Assembly: GCA_043228905.1 (NCBI GenBank)
Contig: JBHGNT010000017.1
Span: forward strand, 15,004,001-15,068,000
DNA from: Azolla caroliniana
Taxonomy: Eukaryota > Plantae > Polypodiophyta
Direction of reading: 5' to 3'
Length of the DNA: 64,000 nucleotides
The notes beneath the pieces were generated by a model. The model was not told the origin of the DNA. It worked only from the letters and a program-made list of their open reading frames with translations, and did no database searches. Below are positions 12,939-26,186 of the stretch, one piece after another. Position numbers and translations under genes: made by a program. How positions within the stretch are numbered: the stretch's first letter is position 1; each line of letters begins with the position of its first letter.

Positions 12939-12950
12939 TGGTATCAGAGC
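12939..12950 (+). promoter_or_regulatory. Primer binding site, tRNA-iMet (copia A)
   Basis: TGGTATCAGAGC. Confidence 0.9.
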
Positions 12951-13684
12951 TTGGCATTTCCTTGATCCTACTGCTGCCGTCTACTTTGTTCTCATCACCA
13001 ATTTCTTTTTGTCTCCTTTGAAGATCATCTTTGGTACAATAGATTTCAAGATTTCAGTCTTACTGAAATCCTTCGTTTGGCAACTCTTTAAAAGATCATT
13101 CTCAGCAAACAGAGACACTTGAAAAATCTGCACTCCATTGTCCTAAATCACTCTTGAAGTAAGCCAGTTGGTGGTGGTTCACCCTTGTGATTGTAGACGC
13201 TCATAGTGAGATTTCGTTTCACAAGTTTTGCCTCAATAGTGCTTCATCAGGTTAGACGACAATCGGATAGGTCATCTGATGCTATTCACTCGCTCGTCGT
13301 AGCCACTCGTAACAGAGTGGGCTCTAGGGAACAACCCCAAGCCTTGCTTCATTCAACTGAACGACATTCGGGAGGACCACTAGGCTCCGTCCTACTCATC
13401 GTTGTAGTGACCCAAAGCAGGATCGGCCTACCTAACTAGCACATCATCTGTGATCGGTACCTTGAAATTAGCATCCGAAACCCAATTGGCTAACCAATCG
13501 GCGCATTCGTGTCCAATTCGGCTAAGTCAATTGACTGTAGCCACTTCAGACTGAATCTACCAATAACTAGAAATTGATTCGACTCATGTCCAAATCTGAC
13601 TAGGACAATATTGGGTGAGCCAGTTGGCTGCATCCTACCACTATGCATAGTGAAGTCTGGATAGAGTCTAACAAGCCGACATAG

Positions 13685-14822
13685 ATGGCATCAACATCCG
13701 GCTCATCAGAGATGAGTCTAAGGAAGTTTGACGGATCGAACTTCAACTTCTGGAAGGAGCAGATGTAAGACTATTTGATAGTGAAGGGTTAGATTCAAGG
13801 TTGTTAGGTACGTTAGGTACAGTACGGATACCATATGTATTTAACGTATTAATACCCGTATAGTACCTCCCAATTTAAAAATACGTTAAATATGTTTTCT
13901 TAATATGTTAAATACTTATAAAATACGTATTTTACGTATAGTACGTTAAATACTTCTAGAATTTAAAAATTATTTACCTTTCTAAAAAATATCTATAATA
14001 TGGTAAAAACATCTATGTTTACACAATTTTGTGATGTACAATATATTTCTACATCCTAAAATGCATATAAGACATTTGAACATTTCACATCCTAAAATAC
14101 TTGTAGTAATATGGATGTCGACATTCCCTTGTTCTATAAATCAGTGTAAGTGTGTATCACGATGTTCTACGTCAAATTGTAATTATTTACAATTATCCCT
14201 TCATAGATTGAGGAATCGTCTACAATTATCACACTCATGATAGGTTTCTCTTTTCTTCGTTTTCTTCTTCTTCTTCTTCTTCTATCTTCTGCAATTATCA
14301 CTCTCAAGACAGGTTTATGTCTTCTTTTCTCTCTTCTTCTTCTTCTTCTTCTTCATCTTCTTCATCGTCGTCTCTTCTATTCTTCTTTCTTCCCTCCTTT
14401 GGCTTCTTTTTCCCTAAAATCTTTTTTTCCTTTTGTTTTTTGTTAGGGTTTTACTTACATTTTCTTTATAAATACGTATTATACCAGTTTTTTTATAAAT
14501 ACATTAAATCCCGTATTGGACAAATGTACATGATATTTGACTGAACAACATTGAGGTATAGTACGTACTATACAAATGATGAGGTACTATACATATTTAA
14601 ACGTTAAATACGGGTACGTAAACAAGCATGGGTCAGATAGATTCAATTAAGAACGAAAACCCTGCAGAAGAAATCAAGCCGAATGAGTGGACGAAACTCG
14701 ATAGAATTGTTTAAGCCACCATTCGGATCCACTTGTCGGAGTCAATGTACTTCACAGTGCAATCGTGTTCAACAACCTTTCAACTATGGAAGACACTCTC
14801 AAACACTTATGAGAAGAAGGTA
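13685..14822 (+). pseudogene. Copia A gag N-terminus, split by a MITE and by copia B
   Basis: MASTSGSSEMSLRKFDGSNFNFWKEQM*DYLIVKG, resuming after 14630 as QIDSIKNENP..EWTKLDR..TIRIHLSES..LWKTLSNTYEKKV. Confidence 0.85.
13795..14630. mobile_element. AT-rich hAT-like MITE inserted in copia A gag
   Basis: Near-identical 8-bp flanks GGTTAGAT (13787-13794) and GGTCAGAT (14631-14638); imperfect TIR CAAGGTTGTT / AACAAGCATG; gag reading continues across it; internal (CTT)n. Confidence 0.75.
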
Positions 14823-15250
14823 TGTTGAGCGAGTAAGCTCAACTCGGGTCGAGCGACTGAAGAAGCCGAGAACCAAATCAATTGAAGTCCGATCGGGGAG
14901 ACCCAAATCGGCTGTAGGACCGAGAACTGAGAGCCGTGTGGTGAGGGACTTGGGTAGGCCGTTAATAGACTATATTCCTAGTACAATAAATAGGAATATT
15001 GAGCATTCAAGTACTAACGGTACTTGTGTCAGTCCACTCGTGAGGGCTTGTATAGAAAGTGCTCACTGAGCACGAAATATGTATAGAGTGTTATTCCTCT
15101 TAATATAATTTTGTGTCTGCTCTCTTTGTCTTTGTCTCTGTCTCTCTCATTCTTTGTGTTCTCTACATTTACCAAACTGTTGTGTTTCTGAACATCAACT
15201 GTATACTCTGTGTCTTTTACGTACGCTTCCGCACATCATATTCTTTTACA
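14823..15250 (+). repeat. Copia B 5' LTR
   Basis: TGTTGAGCGAG...TTTTACA, followed by PBS TGGTATCAAAGC (one mismatch to iMet). Confidence 0.93.
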
Positions 15251-15299
15251 TGGTATCAAAGCGTGAGGGTTGAGATTCCTCTACAGCCGATAGAAAAGC

Positions 15300-15960
15300 A
15301 AGCAATCAAGACACGGTCAAACAGACGGCCATGGCTAGCTGGCCGAGACCGCCGAACAACGTCGGCAAATAGTGGCGGCCGAGAATACGCCACGGCCAAG
15401 AAACGACCGAGATGTGGCCAAGACATGATCACGAGAGGGTTGAGAAACGACTAAGAGATAGTTGGCCAAGCGGTAGCCGAGGGACGGTTGCGAGATAGTC
15501 AGTCGAGAGCCATCTGTGTGTCGGCTGAGAAGTCGAGGATAAGCCGAGATTCAGCCCAACCACGACCGAGAAACATCGCTCGAGTGCGGCCGAGATGCAA
15601 CAACCGAGAGCGGAACGTCAACTGAGATGTGGCCAAGCGGTGGCTGATGGACAACCGGCCAAGCGTTAGCCGAGGGACGGTTGCGAGACGAGTGAGAGAC
15701 GCAACCGAGAAACGACAACGCGTTGGCCAAGAGACAGCCGAGCGCCGAGTGAGGGACGACTGAGTGAGCCGGCCGAGACACGGCTGGAAATCGGCTTAAC
15801 AAGAGTGCTCGAGCAACGGCCGAGAGATGGTCACTTAGTAGAGAGAGGACTGAGGGACAACAAACGAAGAGACAATTGGCCGAGAGATGGCCGAACAGAG
15901 AGTTGAGCTGCCGTCAGACAGACACGACCGACAGACAAAGATCACCTATGGAATGCGACA
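15300..15960 (+). repeat. GGCCGAGA/GGCCAAG-rich degenerate repeats after the copia B PBS
   Basis: Dense recurrence of (T)GGCCGAGA, CGACCGAGA and GCCGAGGGACGGTTGCGAGA. Confidence 0.65.
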
Positions 15961-16039
15961 GCTAGTGGACAGAGCCGTCCGACTGAAAGAGACAAATAGC
16001 CAGTGGACAGAGCTGGCGGGTGGAGACAACCACTAGATA

Positions 16040-16490
16040 GAAGGAGAGAGGAGGCCAAGAGAAGACAAATGCAGAGAAGGAAAAGAGGAACGAGGAGGAA
16101 GAAGATAGATAGAGAAGAACCATCACAGAAAGAGAAGAAATGAGAAGAAGCAGAAGAGAAAGAAGAAACAGACGAAGTAGAAGGTGAAGGGGAAAGGAAA
16201 ATGAGGAAGAAACAAAGAAGAAATGAAGAAGAAGATCGTGACAATGAAGACACAGAGAAAAGGAAACAAAAGAAAAAAGAAGAAGAAGAAGAGGAAAACA
16301 AGAGAAGAAGAAATAAGAAAAGAGCAAAAGCGAGGAAGAAGAAGACAGACCATTAGAAGAGTCTAGAAGAAAAGAGGAAAAGTGAGGAAGAAGAAGACAA
16401 ATAGTGAGAAGAAAAGGGGAAACGCGAAGAAAAAGAAAGCAAGAAGAAGAAAAGAACTAAAAAGAAACCTAAAAAGAGAGGGGTACAAGA
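16040..16490 (+). repeat. Polypurine (GAA/GA-rich) low-complexity tract
   Basis: About 450 bp that are almost entirely A/G on the + strand. Confidence 0.85.
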
Positions 16491-17113
16491 AATTTTTTCA
16501 AAAGCTCAAGGGCCCCCACCATTAGAATTTCTAAAACCGGAGAGTATATGCCTAAATTTCATAAAAGGCAATCAATGAAATTTCAAAAAGGAAGGGTTAT
16601 AACATAGAATTTCGAAAAGGCAATGGTACAAAAACTTATCACCACTCACACCAATGTAGAAATATATATATGTATACACAAACACCCACAATTATTTGTA
16701 AACCCTAAACAACTTTACCATAGTGGATGAGAGCCGATTGGTGTGTGATCCAATCGTGCGATAGGTTGATCGAACAAGAAGGTTCAGGTCAAACCAGCTC
16801 CGATCGAAGTTATCGATCGTGGAGTAGTGCTCCGGTTGAGGGATTTCCGACCGTGAGAGAAGAGAAGATCGATGGAGTTTCTGGTCAACGAGTTTTTGGC
16901 ATAAGCTTGTGGGTTCGACGTGCAAGGCACTGTCCCACAGGTGTGCAAGGTGTTACCTGCATAGGTGTACGGGAGGGTTAGGTATAATGTGGAAGGTGCA
17001 ATGCGTAATGTGAAATGTGAATATGTGAGTGTTAGGTGGGGTAAGTAGGTGTAACTACCCCCACTTGGCTTTTTGTAATGGTGAGATCTTGTACTATTTA
17101 AATCCCACTTGTG

Positions 17114-17377
17114 GGGCATGAAAAGAGAGAAATATATTGAAGTTACCCTCAACTTGTGTATGAGTCTCAATTCCCTCTCTCTCACTCTCTCTCAGTGCAT
17201 CTCTCCCTCTCTCCCCTCACATTCAAACCCCCTTGGGAGGGGGGTGGAGTTGGGCATGAAAAGAGAGAAATATATTGAAGTTACCCTCAACTTGTGTATG
17301 AGTCTCAATTCCCTCTCTCTCACTCTCTCTCAGTGCATCTCTCCCTCTCTCCCCTCACATTCAAACCCCCTTGGGAG
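17114..17377. repeat. Tandem duplication with 138-bp period
   Basis: GGGCATGAAAAGAGAG...CCCCTTGGGAG at 17114 and 17252. Confidence 0.9.
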
Positions 17378-17780
17378 AATACGCCCCCACCCATCAACAC
17401 GACAGTCTGCACGAGGGAGAATATGCCGTTGTTTTTCGAGCTTCAATCGATGTTGCTCGTAGAAGAAAACCACGCGGGTGCATCAACGAGTATGCACGCC
17501 GACAACAAAATGTTGTATACGGAGGTAGAGAGGCCCTGTGGTCATGGTGGACGAGGGGGGTCGACACGCAATGGAGGTGGCTGACAAGAACAGAATTTAC
17601 ACCATAATCAGAATGCTGACAACAGTTCCAAACACTCCGCAAATAGAGGGAGCCAAGGCGGCGTCTGGAGCCGACAAGGGAAAGCCGCATTGGATTGCTG
17701 GTACTGTGGCAAGAAGGGCCACAAAGAGAGCGAGTGCTGGAAGAAACGAGCTGATTTGGACAAGGCCGGATCGAGCTGAG
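17375..17780 (+). pseudogene. Copia B gag fragment with zinc knuckle
   Basis: TVCTRENMPLFFELQSMLLVEENHAG; CWYCGKKGHKESECWKK; homologous to 50283-50700. Confidence 0.85.
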
Positions 17781-18514
17781 TGTTGAAATAAGCAAGCTCA
17801 TCAATATATCGAGTTTTTAAAACTAGGATATAAGTTTTATTTAATAAATAAGTATATCTTAAGTAGCTTAGTATATTATTAAAATATAATAATATGATAG
17901 ATAATATTAATAATTAAAATATGTCATAAAGATTTTATATTAGACATATATCTATGTATTTACTCTAAAAGTAGTGAACAAGATAAAAAGTAAAAGAGTA
18001 ATTCTATTGTGGAGCAAAGAAGTGTGCATAAAGGAAGAAAAAGAGGAGCAAAGCAATGGTCAAAAATATAGGAAAAAGAAGAACCACTCAAATTAGACAT
18101 ACAACTAGAAAGACACGGCCTCTCTATAAAAGGCAATACATAGATGTAAGAGGGTATGCTAAAAATAGAGAAGCACCCTCCACAAGTTAGAGTTAACTTA
18201 TGTTAATCCTCTTCTCTCCTACATCATCGAAGATATTCATGCTCATGTATAAGCAATAATCCTCTTCTAATATAATCTATTTGATGTATATGCTTGTCTA
18301 ATTACATGAATTTCTTCTTATGTCTCATGATATTTTAGTTTTAATCACTAATTAAACATATATTAAGAATTACAAGTGGCCTACTACTTTTCTAGCTATG
18401 TGAGAATAGCATAAATTCTCACAAATTTGGTATCAGAGCCTTGCTAATCTATTTAGAAGAGGCTTGTTAATCTAATCATTAACCATATTATTCACTCTCA
18501 CGGTGTAGTGAGAT

Positions 18515-21500
18515 ATGGCAGATATTAGCTCTCAAATTGAGAAGTTAGAGAAGAACAACTATCAACCATGGAGATTTCGTATGAAGAATTATCTAATTGG
18601 TAAGAATATGTGGAGAATAGTGACGGGAGAAGAGCCACCACCGGAATTGCCATCACAACCAAGTGAAGATCATTTAAGGCAATTTAATAATTGGAATGAA
18701 AAGGATAAAAGAGGTATATTCTTTCTTTCACAACATATATCAAATTCAATGATTGGCCACATGCAAGAGTTAACTACATCAAAACAAGTGTGGGATACTT
18801 TATAGAGATTGTATTTTACCTCTACCAAGGCTAGAAAAATACAATTAAAGAGTGAGTTGAATAATTTGAGGAAATCCCCCTCAATTACTATAAATGATTC
18901 TATTCTACGAGTTAAAGAATTGGCGGATGCATTAGGATCTATTGGATCAACGTTAGATGATGATGATTTAATTACATATACTTTGAATGGTTTAAAAGAT
19001 GATGATAAGTGGAAGGCTTTTACTACATCAATATATGTTAAAGAGCATTTACCAGATTTTGATCAATTGGTTTCACTAATGATTACAGAGGAGATGAACT
19101 TACAAGGTTCATATCCCAAGGGCAATCAACTGCAAGTGTTGTATGCAGGATCAAGAGGAAGAGGAGGATTTGGAAGAGGACAACAAGGAAGAGGAAGAGG
19201 TAGATGAAGGATTAATGACTTTCAACATCATGATAGAGAGGAAAGTCAAAGTCAAAAACAAAATCATCAAGGAGAATTAAGAGGTAGAGGTACACAAATA
19301 GGTAGAGGTCAAGGTAGATGGTCAAATAATAGAAGTCAAAATAATTGTTAAGTATGTGGCAAATTTGGTCATTATGCACATCAATGCTATTATAGAAATA
19401 ACAATAAATTACAATAAAGTAATTTTGCATCAACTTCTAATGAGGATGGAAATGTTTTTGTGATGAATCATACGATTAAAGGTGACAAGTCAAATAGTAA
19501 TGATTGGTATATTGATAGTGGATGCAGTAGTCACATGTCATATAATAAAGATTGGTTTAGTAATTTGTTTGTGCCAAGTACATTAGGACATGTTCAGACA
19601 GGTGATGATACATCACATTCAATAAAGCATATTGGTGATGTAAGGTTTCAAACAACTAATGGGACAAATTGTTTGTCTGAAGTACTTCATGTGCCAACAA
19701 TTACAAAGAATTTGATATCTATAGGGAAAATAGTAGAGAAGGGACATCAAGTTTGATTCACATCAAAAGGATGCTATGTAGAAGATCCAAGAAAGCAATT
19801 TAAAATTATTGCTAAAGGAAGAAAGCAAGATAGATTATTCACCATGGAGGTAAAAATGCATGATTCCCAAGTAATGTTTGTTAGTCATGATAATAAATCT
19901 ATTGCACAATTGGATTTGTGGCATAAAAGGTTAGGTCATGTAAATGTTCAAAAGCTTAAGCAATGCAATATGGAAATGTTGTTCATGGATTGCCAAATTT
20001 CAAAGGGGCCTATCCCCATCAATTATGTGAATCATGTCAATTTGGTAAACAATCTAGATTACCGTTTAAACGTGAGAAATATGTAACCAGGTATCCACTT
20101 GAGATAGTACACAGTGATGTATGGGGACCTACAAAAGAAAGTTCCATAGGAGGTAACAGATATTTTGTCACATTCATAGATGATTATTCAAGAGAAGTAT
20201 GGGTGTATTTTATGAAAAGTAAAGGTGATGTATTTTATAATTTTAAGAAGTTTAAGAATCAAGTTGAAAATGAATGTAATAGACAAATTAAAGTTCTAAG
20301 GTCAGATGGAGGGGGAGAATATTTCTTCCATGAGTTCTCTAATTATTTGAATGATTGTGGAGTTAGACATCAATTTACATGTAGATATACACCACAACAA
20401 AATGGTGTAGTAGAAAGGAAAAATAGACACATAGTAGAAATTGCACGAGTTATGTTAAATGAAATGAATTTACCATTATATTTTTGGGCCGGTGTTGTTT
20501 ACACTACAATGTACATTATTAATAGATGTCAAATTGCAAGTGTTCACTTGCAAACTCCAAAAGAAGCATGGAGTAGGAGAAAACCAAATCTCTCACATTT
20601 GAAAATATTTGGATGTGTTTGCTATGTGCATGTTCCAGATGAAGTAAGAACAAAGTTGGATTTAAAGTCTGAAGAATGTATTTTTATTGGTTATGCTATA
20701 GAACAAAAAGGATATATATGTAATAATCCTAATACAAAAGATTTAAAAGTGAGTAGAGATGTTGTTTTTGATGAGGCCATTCATTGGTATGGAAAATCAA
20801 AGTATGTTCAAGAAGTAGTGGAGCAAGAGGATGAAATACAAGTGAAAAAGGAGCCAGTGAAAGCAAAACACCAATTAGTTCATCAAATAAAGAAGCAAGT
20901 CCGTGGTTAGGAGGACTAAGAGACAAAACAACAAACGATAAAGAGAAAATAGAAGATGAAAAACAATTGTGGATAGAAGAACCAACTCAAAATGAGTTTG
21001 AAGAAATTCAAACCCCGGGTGTAAGGCAGTCAAGTAGAGTTAAGTAAGCTGTTGAACGTTTAACTTATGCTTCTTTTGTTGCAAACATTATGCATATATG
21101 ACAAAGATAATAAAGGATAAAGAACCTCTAAGTTTTGAAGAAGCAAACTTAGATGAAAAATGGCAAAGTGCGATGGATGAAGAAATGCAAGCATTGATAG
21201 AAAATAACACATGGAGTCTTGTTCCAAGGGTAGAAGGAAAACAACCAATTGGATGTAAGTGGATTTATAAAATTAAAAGGAATGCCGATGATTCTATTGC
21301 AAGATATAAAGCTATAATTGTTGCTAAAGGGTACGATAAAAAATATGGTATTGATTATGAAGAAACATTTAGTCCAGTGGTTAGAATGACTACAATTAGA
21401 GTATTGATAGCACTTGCAGTGTCAAAAAGGTGGAACTTATATCAACTTGATGTTAAAAATGCATTCCTCAATGGAGAACTTGAAGAGGAAGTGTACATGG

Positions 21501-21780
21501 AGCAACCACAAGGGTATATGCATCAACAATATCCTAATTATGTAAAGCATAATGGAAAACATATAGTTTTATCATGCATATATGTGGATGATTTAATACT
21601 TACAAGTAGTTGTGGAAAAGATATCCAAGATATAAAGGAAAAGTTGAAAGAAGAGTTCAAGAAATACATTATGTCAAAACAAATATGCAAGTGGCAGATA
21701 TGTTCACAAAGTTTTTGGATTCAATAAAGATGAAGAAATTCAAAGAATATATCAATCTTTAAGATATTCAATAAAGAGCT
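18515..21780 (+). pseudogene. Copia C gag-pol with internal RT/RNase H deletions
   Basis: IEKLEKNNYQPW, WYIDSGCSSHM, LWHKRLGH, CESCQFGKQ, VHSDVWGP, LRSDGGGEY, QNGVVERKNR, QLDVKNAFLNGELEEEVYM, IYVDDL. Confidence 0.92.
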
Positions 21781-22561
21781 TAAGGGGGAGTGTTGAAATA
21801 AGCAAGCTCATTAGTATATTGAGTTTTTATAACTAGGATATAAGTTTTATTTAATAAATAAGTATATATTCAGTAGTCTAGTATATTATTAAAATAATAA
21901 TATGATAGATAATATTTATAATTAAAATATGTCATAAAGATTTTATATTAGACATATATCTATGTATTTACTCTAAAAGTAGTGAGCAAGATAAAAAGTA
22001 AACGAGTAATTCCATGGTGGAGCAAAGAAGTGTGCATAAAGGAAGAAAAAGAGGAGCAAAGCAATGGTAAAAAATATATAAAAGAGAAGAACCACTCAAA
22101 TTAGAAAGACACAACCTCTCTATAAAAGGCAATGCATAGATGTAAGAGGGTGTGCTAAAAGTAGAGAAGCACCCTCCACAAGCTAGAGTTAACTTATGTT
22201 AATCCTATTCTCTCCTAAATAATCGAAGCTATTCATGCTAATGTATAAGCAATAATTCTCTTCTAATATAAGGGTAAAAGCATGCGAGTGGAAACACTAT
22301 TATAGCTATTTAGCTACTAAAATGGCCACAACTAATTAGCTATTTGTTTAACTAGTTTTTTGCGGGAAAATCATAAGGATGGTTTACGAAATTTTATGTT
22401 TTATTAGTTAAATACATGTCATTTTATTTATGAGAATACTCAAATATTTGAACTTTGGTTTTTGACGTAGTGGAACATGGGGATTAGTGCCATCATCTAA
22501 GGTTGACTTGAGTGTCACCAAATTCTTGATAATCCTGAGTTCGAGTTCAAACTCCAAATAG

Positions 22562-24457
22562 ATGGAGTACTCTGATCATGAACGTAGACGAAGCTCCCGC
22601 AACGGCACAAAAACTCTGAGATCGACATTGCACCTTTAGAGCTACAACACACAACCAAGTCGATCCTTGTCCAGGTATGTATCGGTTACATATTATTATT
22701 ATTATTATTATTATTTCTTTTCTGATAACTGTCTATAACTTTGGTGCCTGTTCATCTTTCCCAAAAATCGAATAGGGCGAAGTCGTTGGAGTCCCAAACA
22801 AGGATGTCTCGAAGATCGGGGTGTAGCAGCACGTGTGTTTCTGATTGACAGAATTTCGTAGTACGGTTGATTTCTGCCTTTAGTGATGATTAGGGTTTGT
22901 GTTTCCCTTAAGTGGTTTAGGGTTTCTGATTACAAATTTCAGATTACAAGTGTTTGGTTACAAATTTCTAATTACAAATTTCTGATTAGGGTTTTTGATT
23001 TTTTAAGTGGTTGATTTTTGATACATGTCGAAAAGGACAGATTACAAATTTTAGATTACTGTCTCAAAGTGTTGTAAATTTGCACCAAATTCACATTAAA
23101 AATTCTGTTTTTTCACCAATTATGATTACTAATTTTCTATTTCAAGTGGCTCGTTCCTCCCTATCCTAGAGTGCTGAACTTCGCAAAATTTTGCGAGACA
23201 AAGGAGGACTTTCACAACATATATGGTCTGTCGCTCGAGGGTATTGACCCTGTTGTTCTAATAGATAGATTGATTAGTGATGTAGACTGGATGTCAGTAT
23301 ATAAAGTGCCTAGAGTGAAAGGCAAGGTCAAGCTCAAGCATGTACGACTGGACCTGGATGACGACTGCATGAGACTGCACCAGAAAGTACATCAAGAGAT
23401 CCCGGTCAACAACGAGTTGTCTGTATCATTTACTAGAGCTTTTGCATACGAGTATTGCAAAACAACGAAGGAATCTCTTGACCCTGAAATATATAGGGTA
23501 GCTTGGGCAATTTATGGTGAGGAATCGATAGAAAGATGTCGGAAGATGGGGAGCTTGCAACAAAAAATGGCAAGATTTTAGAGCATGGCAGTTGATGATA
23601 CAATTGCCAACTCCCAACAAACCCGCAAGTATACGCCACATCGACACACAATGAAAGCCAATGTCAATGATACAGGTGAGACATTGATTAGCTATATGCT
23701 AGAGAATGTCCATGAAGCCTGTGAGACATTGGAGTTTTTTTAGACTGATTTAGAGAAAGCAACATTGGCTGCTGCGATGGAGGGCAAAGTCACTTTGGCA
23801 GTTATAACAATCAGAAATAAGATTCAGGTACCTATTGTTTTGCTAGTATGTTATAAATAACTTGTACATGAAAATGTGCTATTGAGGCATTATCCGGAAC
23901 AGGTTGCTCAACATGAGCTTGAAATTGAGGCGTCCCTAGATCCCCAACGCTGGACCTTCTAGGTGTAAATATTATCGCGGATTACAATTTGGACAAGCTA
24001 CAAGTAAGTTAATGATTCTTGTTGATTGTTGTTGTATCTTCCTCATTAAGGAATAATTAATCGGTAAACTTCTCGGTTGCATTGAAGGAACAATACTCCC
24101 GTCAAGAACAGGTAGTTAGCTGCCTTAAGAAGTTGCTACATTTTGCGGAGGGGATGGTAAGGAGCAGACAAGAATTGTACCTGAACATTCTTGCTCCCTT
24201 ACTAAATGTAGGAGAACCAGGAAACGATATATTGACTGTTCAAGCATGTTGCATCGCTTGTGGACTGTGTAGAGGACAAATCGGCTACTCTTTTGATTCA
24301 CCTACAACCATGCCAACACACATACCATATCGTTTGTTTTCAATATGCCTGTCGGATTGCTGCATTCTGTTTGGGGGATTGTAGTACAACTCTCCTAGAT
24401 GAGTGGAGAAAACACATAGGTAAAATTGCTGCTTGTGACCATAGTGTACATAATTAG
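22562..24457 (+). pseudogene. Multi-exon transposon cargo ORF ending in a RING-like finger
   Basis: ORF pieces 23171-23581, 24082-24384 and 24260-24457; GT..AG candidates at about 22675, 23828-23902 and 24004; CIAC...PCQHTYHIVC...C(LGD)C pattern across a frameshift. Confidence 0.55.
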
Positions 24458-24524
24458 TTCCATCTTTGCTAATTAGGTAAGCCGTATAAAGTGTGGAAAC
24501 TATTTAACTGTTATGGTTGTAGTG

Positions 24525-25525
24525 TAGTAGCTAATTACCTAAAATGTAGTTAATTAGCTAAGTGGTAGCTAATTAGCTACTACCATAGTTGAATATAGTA
24601 GCTAATTATCTACTATCACAGTTTAGTTGAGTAACTAATTAGCTAAATGGTAGCTAATTAGCTACTCCAATACTTTAGCTTAGTAGCTAATTAGCTACTA
24701 CCATACTTTATATATAGTGGCTAATTAACTACTACCATAGTTTAGTACAATGGCTAATTAGCTACCACTTAGCTAATTAGCTAACGGGTAGCTAATTAGC
24801 TAACGGGTAGCTAATTAGCTACTACCATACTTTAATTGAGTAACTAATTAGCTAAGTGGTAGCTAATTAGCTGCTACTGTAGTTTAGTACAGTAAGTAAT
24901 TAGCTAAGTGGGAGCTAATTAGCTACTACCATACTTTATATATAGTGGCTAATTAGCTAGTACCATACTTTAGTACAATAGCTAATTAGCTAAGTGGTAG
25001 CAAATTAGCTACTACCATAGTTTAGTACAATAGCTAATTAGCTAAGTGGTAGCTAATTAGCTACTACCATACTTTAAATGAGTAGCTAATTAGCTACTAC
25101 CATAGTTTAATACAATAGCTAATTAGGTAAGAGGTAGCTAATTAGCTACTACCATAGTTTAGTATAGTAGCTAATTAGCTCAGTGGTAGCTAATTAGCTA
25201 CTACCGTAGTTTAGTACAATAGGTAATTAGCTAAGTGGTAGCTAATTAGCTACTACCATACTTTAGTTATAGTGGCTAATTAGCTAGTACCATACTTTAG
25301 TTAAGTGGCTAATTAGCTAACTGGTAGCTCATTAGCTACTACCATACTTTTGTAGAGTAGCTAATTAGTTGCTACCATATTGACAAAGAGTAGCTAATTA
25401 GCTAAGTGGTAGCTAATTATCTAGTACTATACCTAAGCGAAGTAGCTAATTAGCTCAGTAGTAGCTAATTAGCTATTGTCATAGTCTAGAAGAATAGCTA
25501 GTTAGCTAAGATGTAGCTAATTAGG
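24525..25525. repeat. Array of the palindrome TAGCTAATTAGCTA
   Basis: Dozens of copies separated by CTACCATAGTTTAGTACAA or AGTGG-type spacers. Confidence 0.95.
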
Positions 25526-26186
25526 GACCATGTTGTTGTAGAATCTTGTGGATTAAGGAGGGTGCATGAGGTGTCTGGTGCTGATGACGTTGCAACCGAT
25601 GAGGAGATAGTTGCCAACGTGACTGAAAGTAAGAGTCTTGCTATCACATCTTCATTAGATTAGCTCCACCCTATTCTTTTGGAAGATGGTACTGAATTAG
25701 GCAACAATGTGAAAAGCCATGAAATATTGGAAACAACATGTAAATCTGAGGTTCACAACAATAGTGTTTTTGAACACTTGATGCGACATTTCTTCGAATC
25801 CTAAAACATTGATTCCACCCCACTAAGCCCAACTATTGATAATGTCCAAACAGATCCCACTGTACTGGAAAAGCTAGCGCAAGACACGAGTGATGTGCAA
25901 GTCGCTACTGAGGTGAGGGAAAGGTTGTCAGAGGAGGACACTTGTGCAATGGGTCAAAGAAGCAAGGCTAAATGGGCAACCGGCTAGAAAAAGGCTGAAG
26001 AAGGGGCCATGATCGGGGACAAGACTAGTTACCCTGTCAAGGGGCTCTTGAATTGGAGCGAAATACTTATTAGTGGGATATGATTGTTAGCGATTTTCCT
26101 AGGGTTTTATGAAGTTTTACTATGATTTATTTGGACAAGTAAAACCTCAGATTGGTTGTTGCTTGATCCACATTATGTAATGGAAC

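Noticed and set aside
14237-14544. Leu/Ser/Phe-rich ORFs resembling membrane proteins
   Set aside because: Translations of (CTT)n low-complexity sequence in a MITE.
15942-16353. Hydrophobic minus-strand ORFs
   Set aside because: Antisense readings of the polypurine tract.
24525-25525. Palindrome array as a CRISPR array
   Set aside because: Spacers are themselves repeated and very short; it is a minisatellite.
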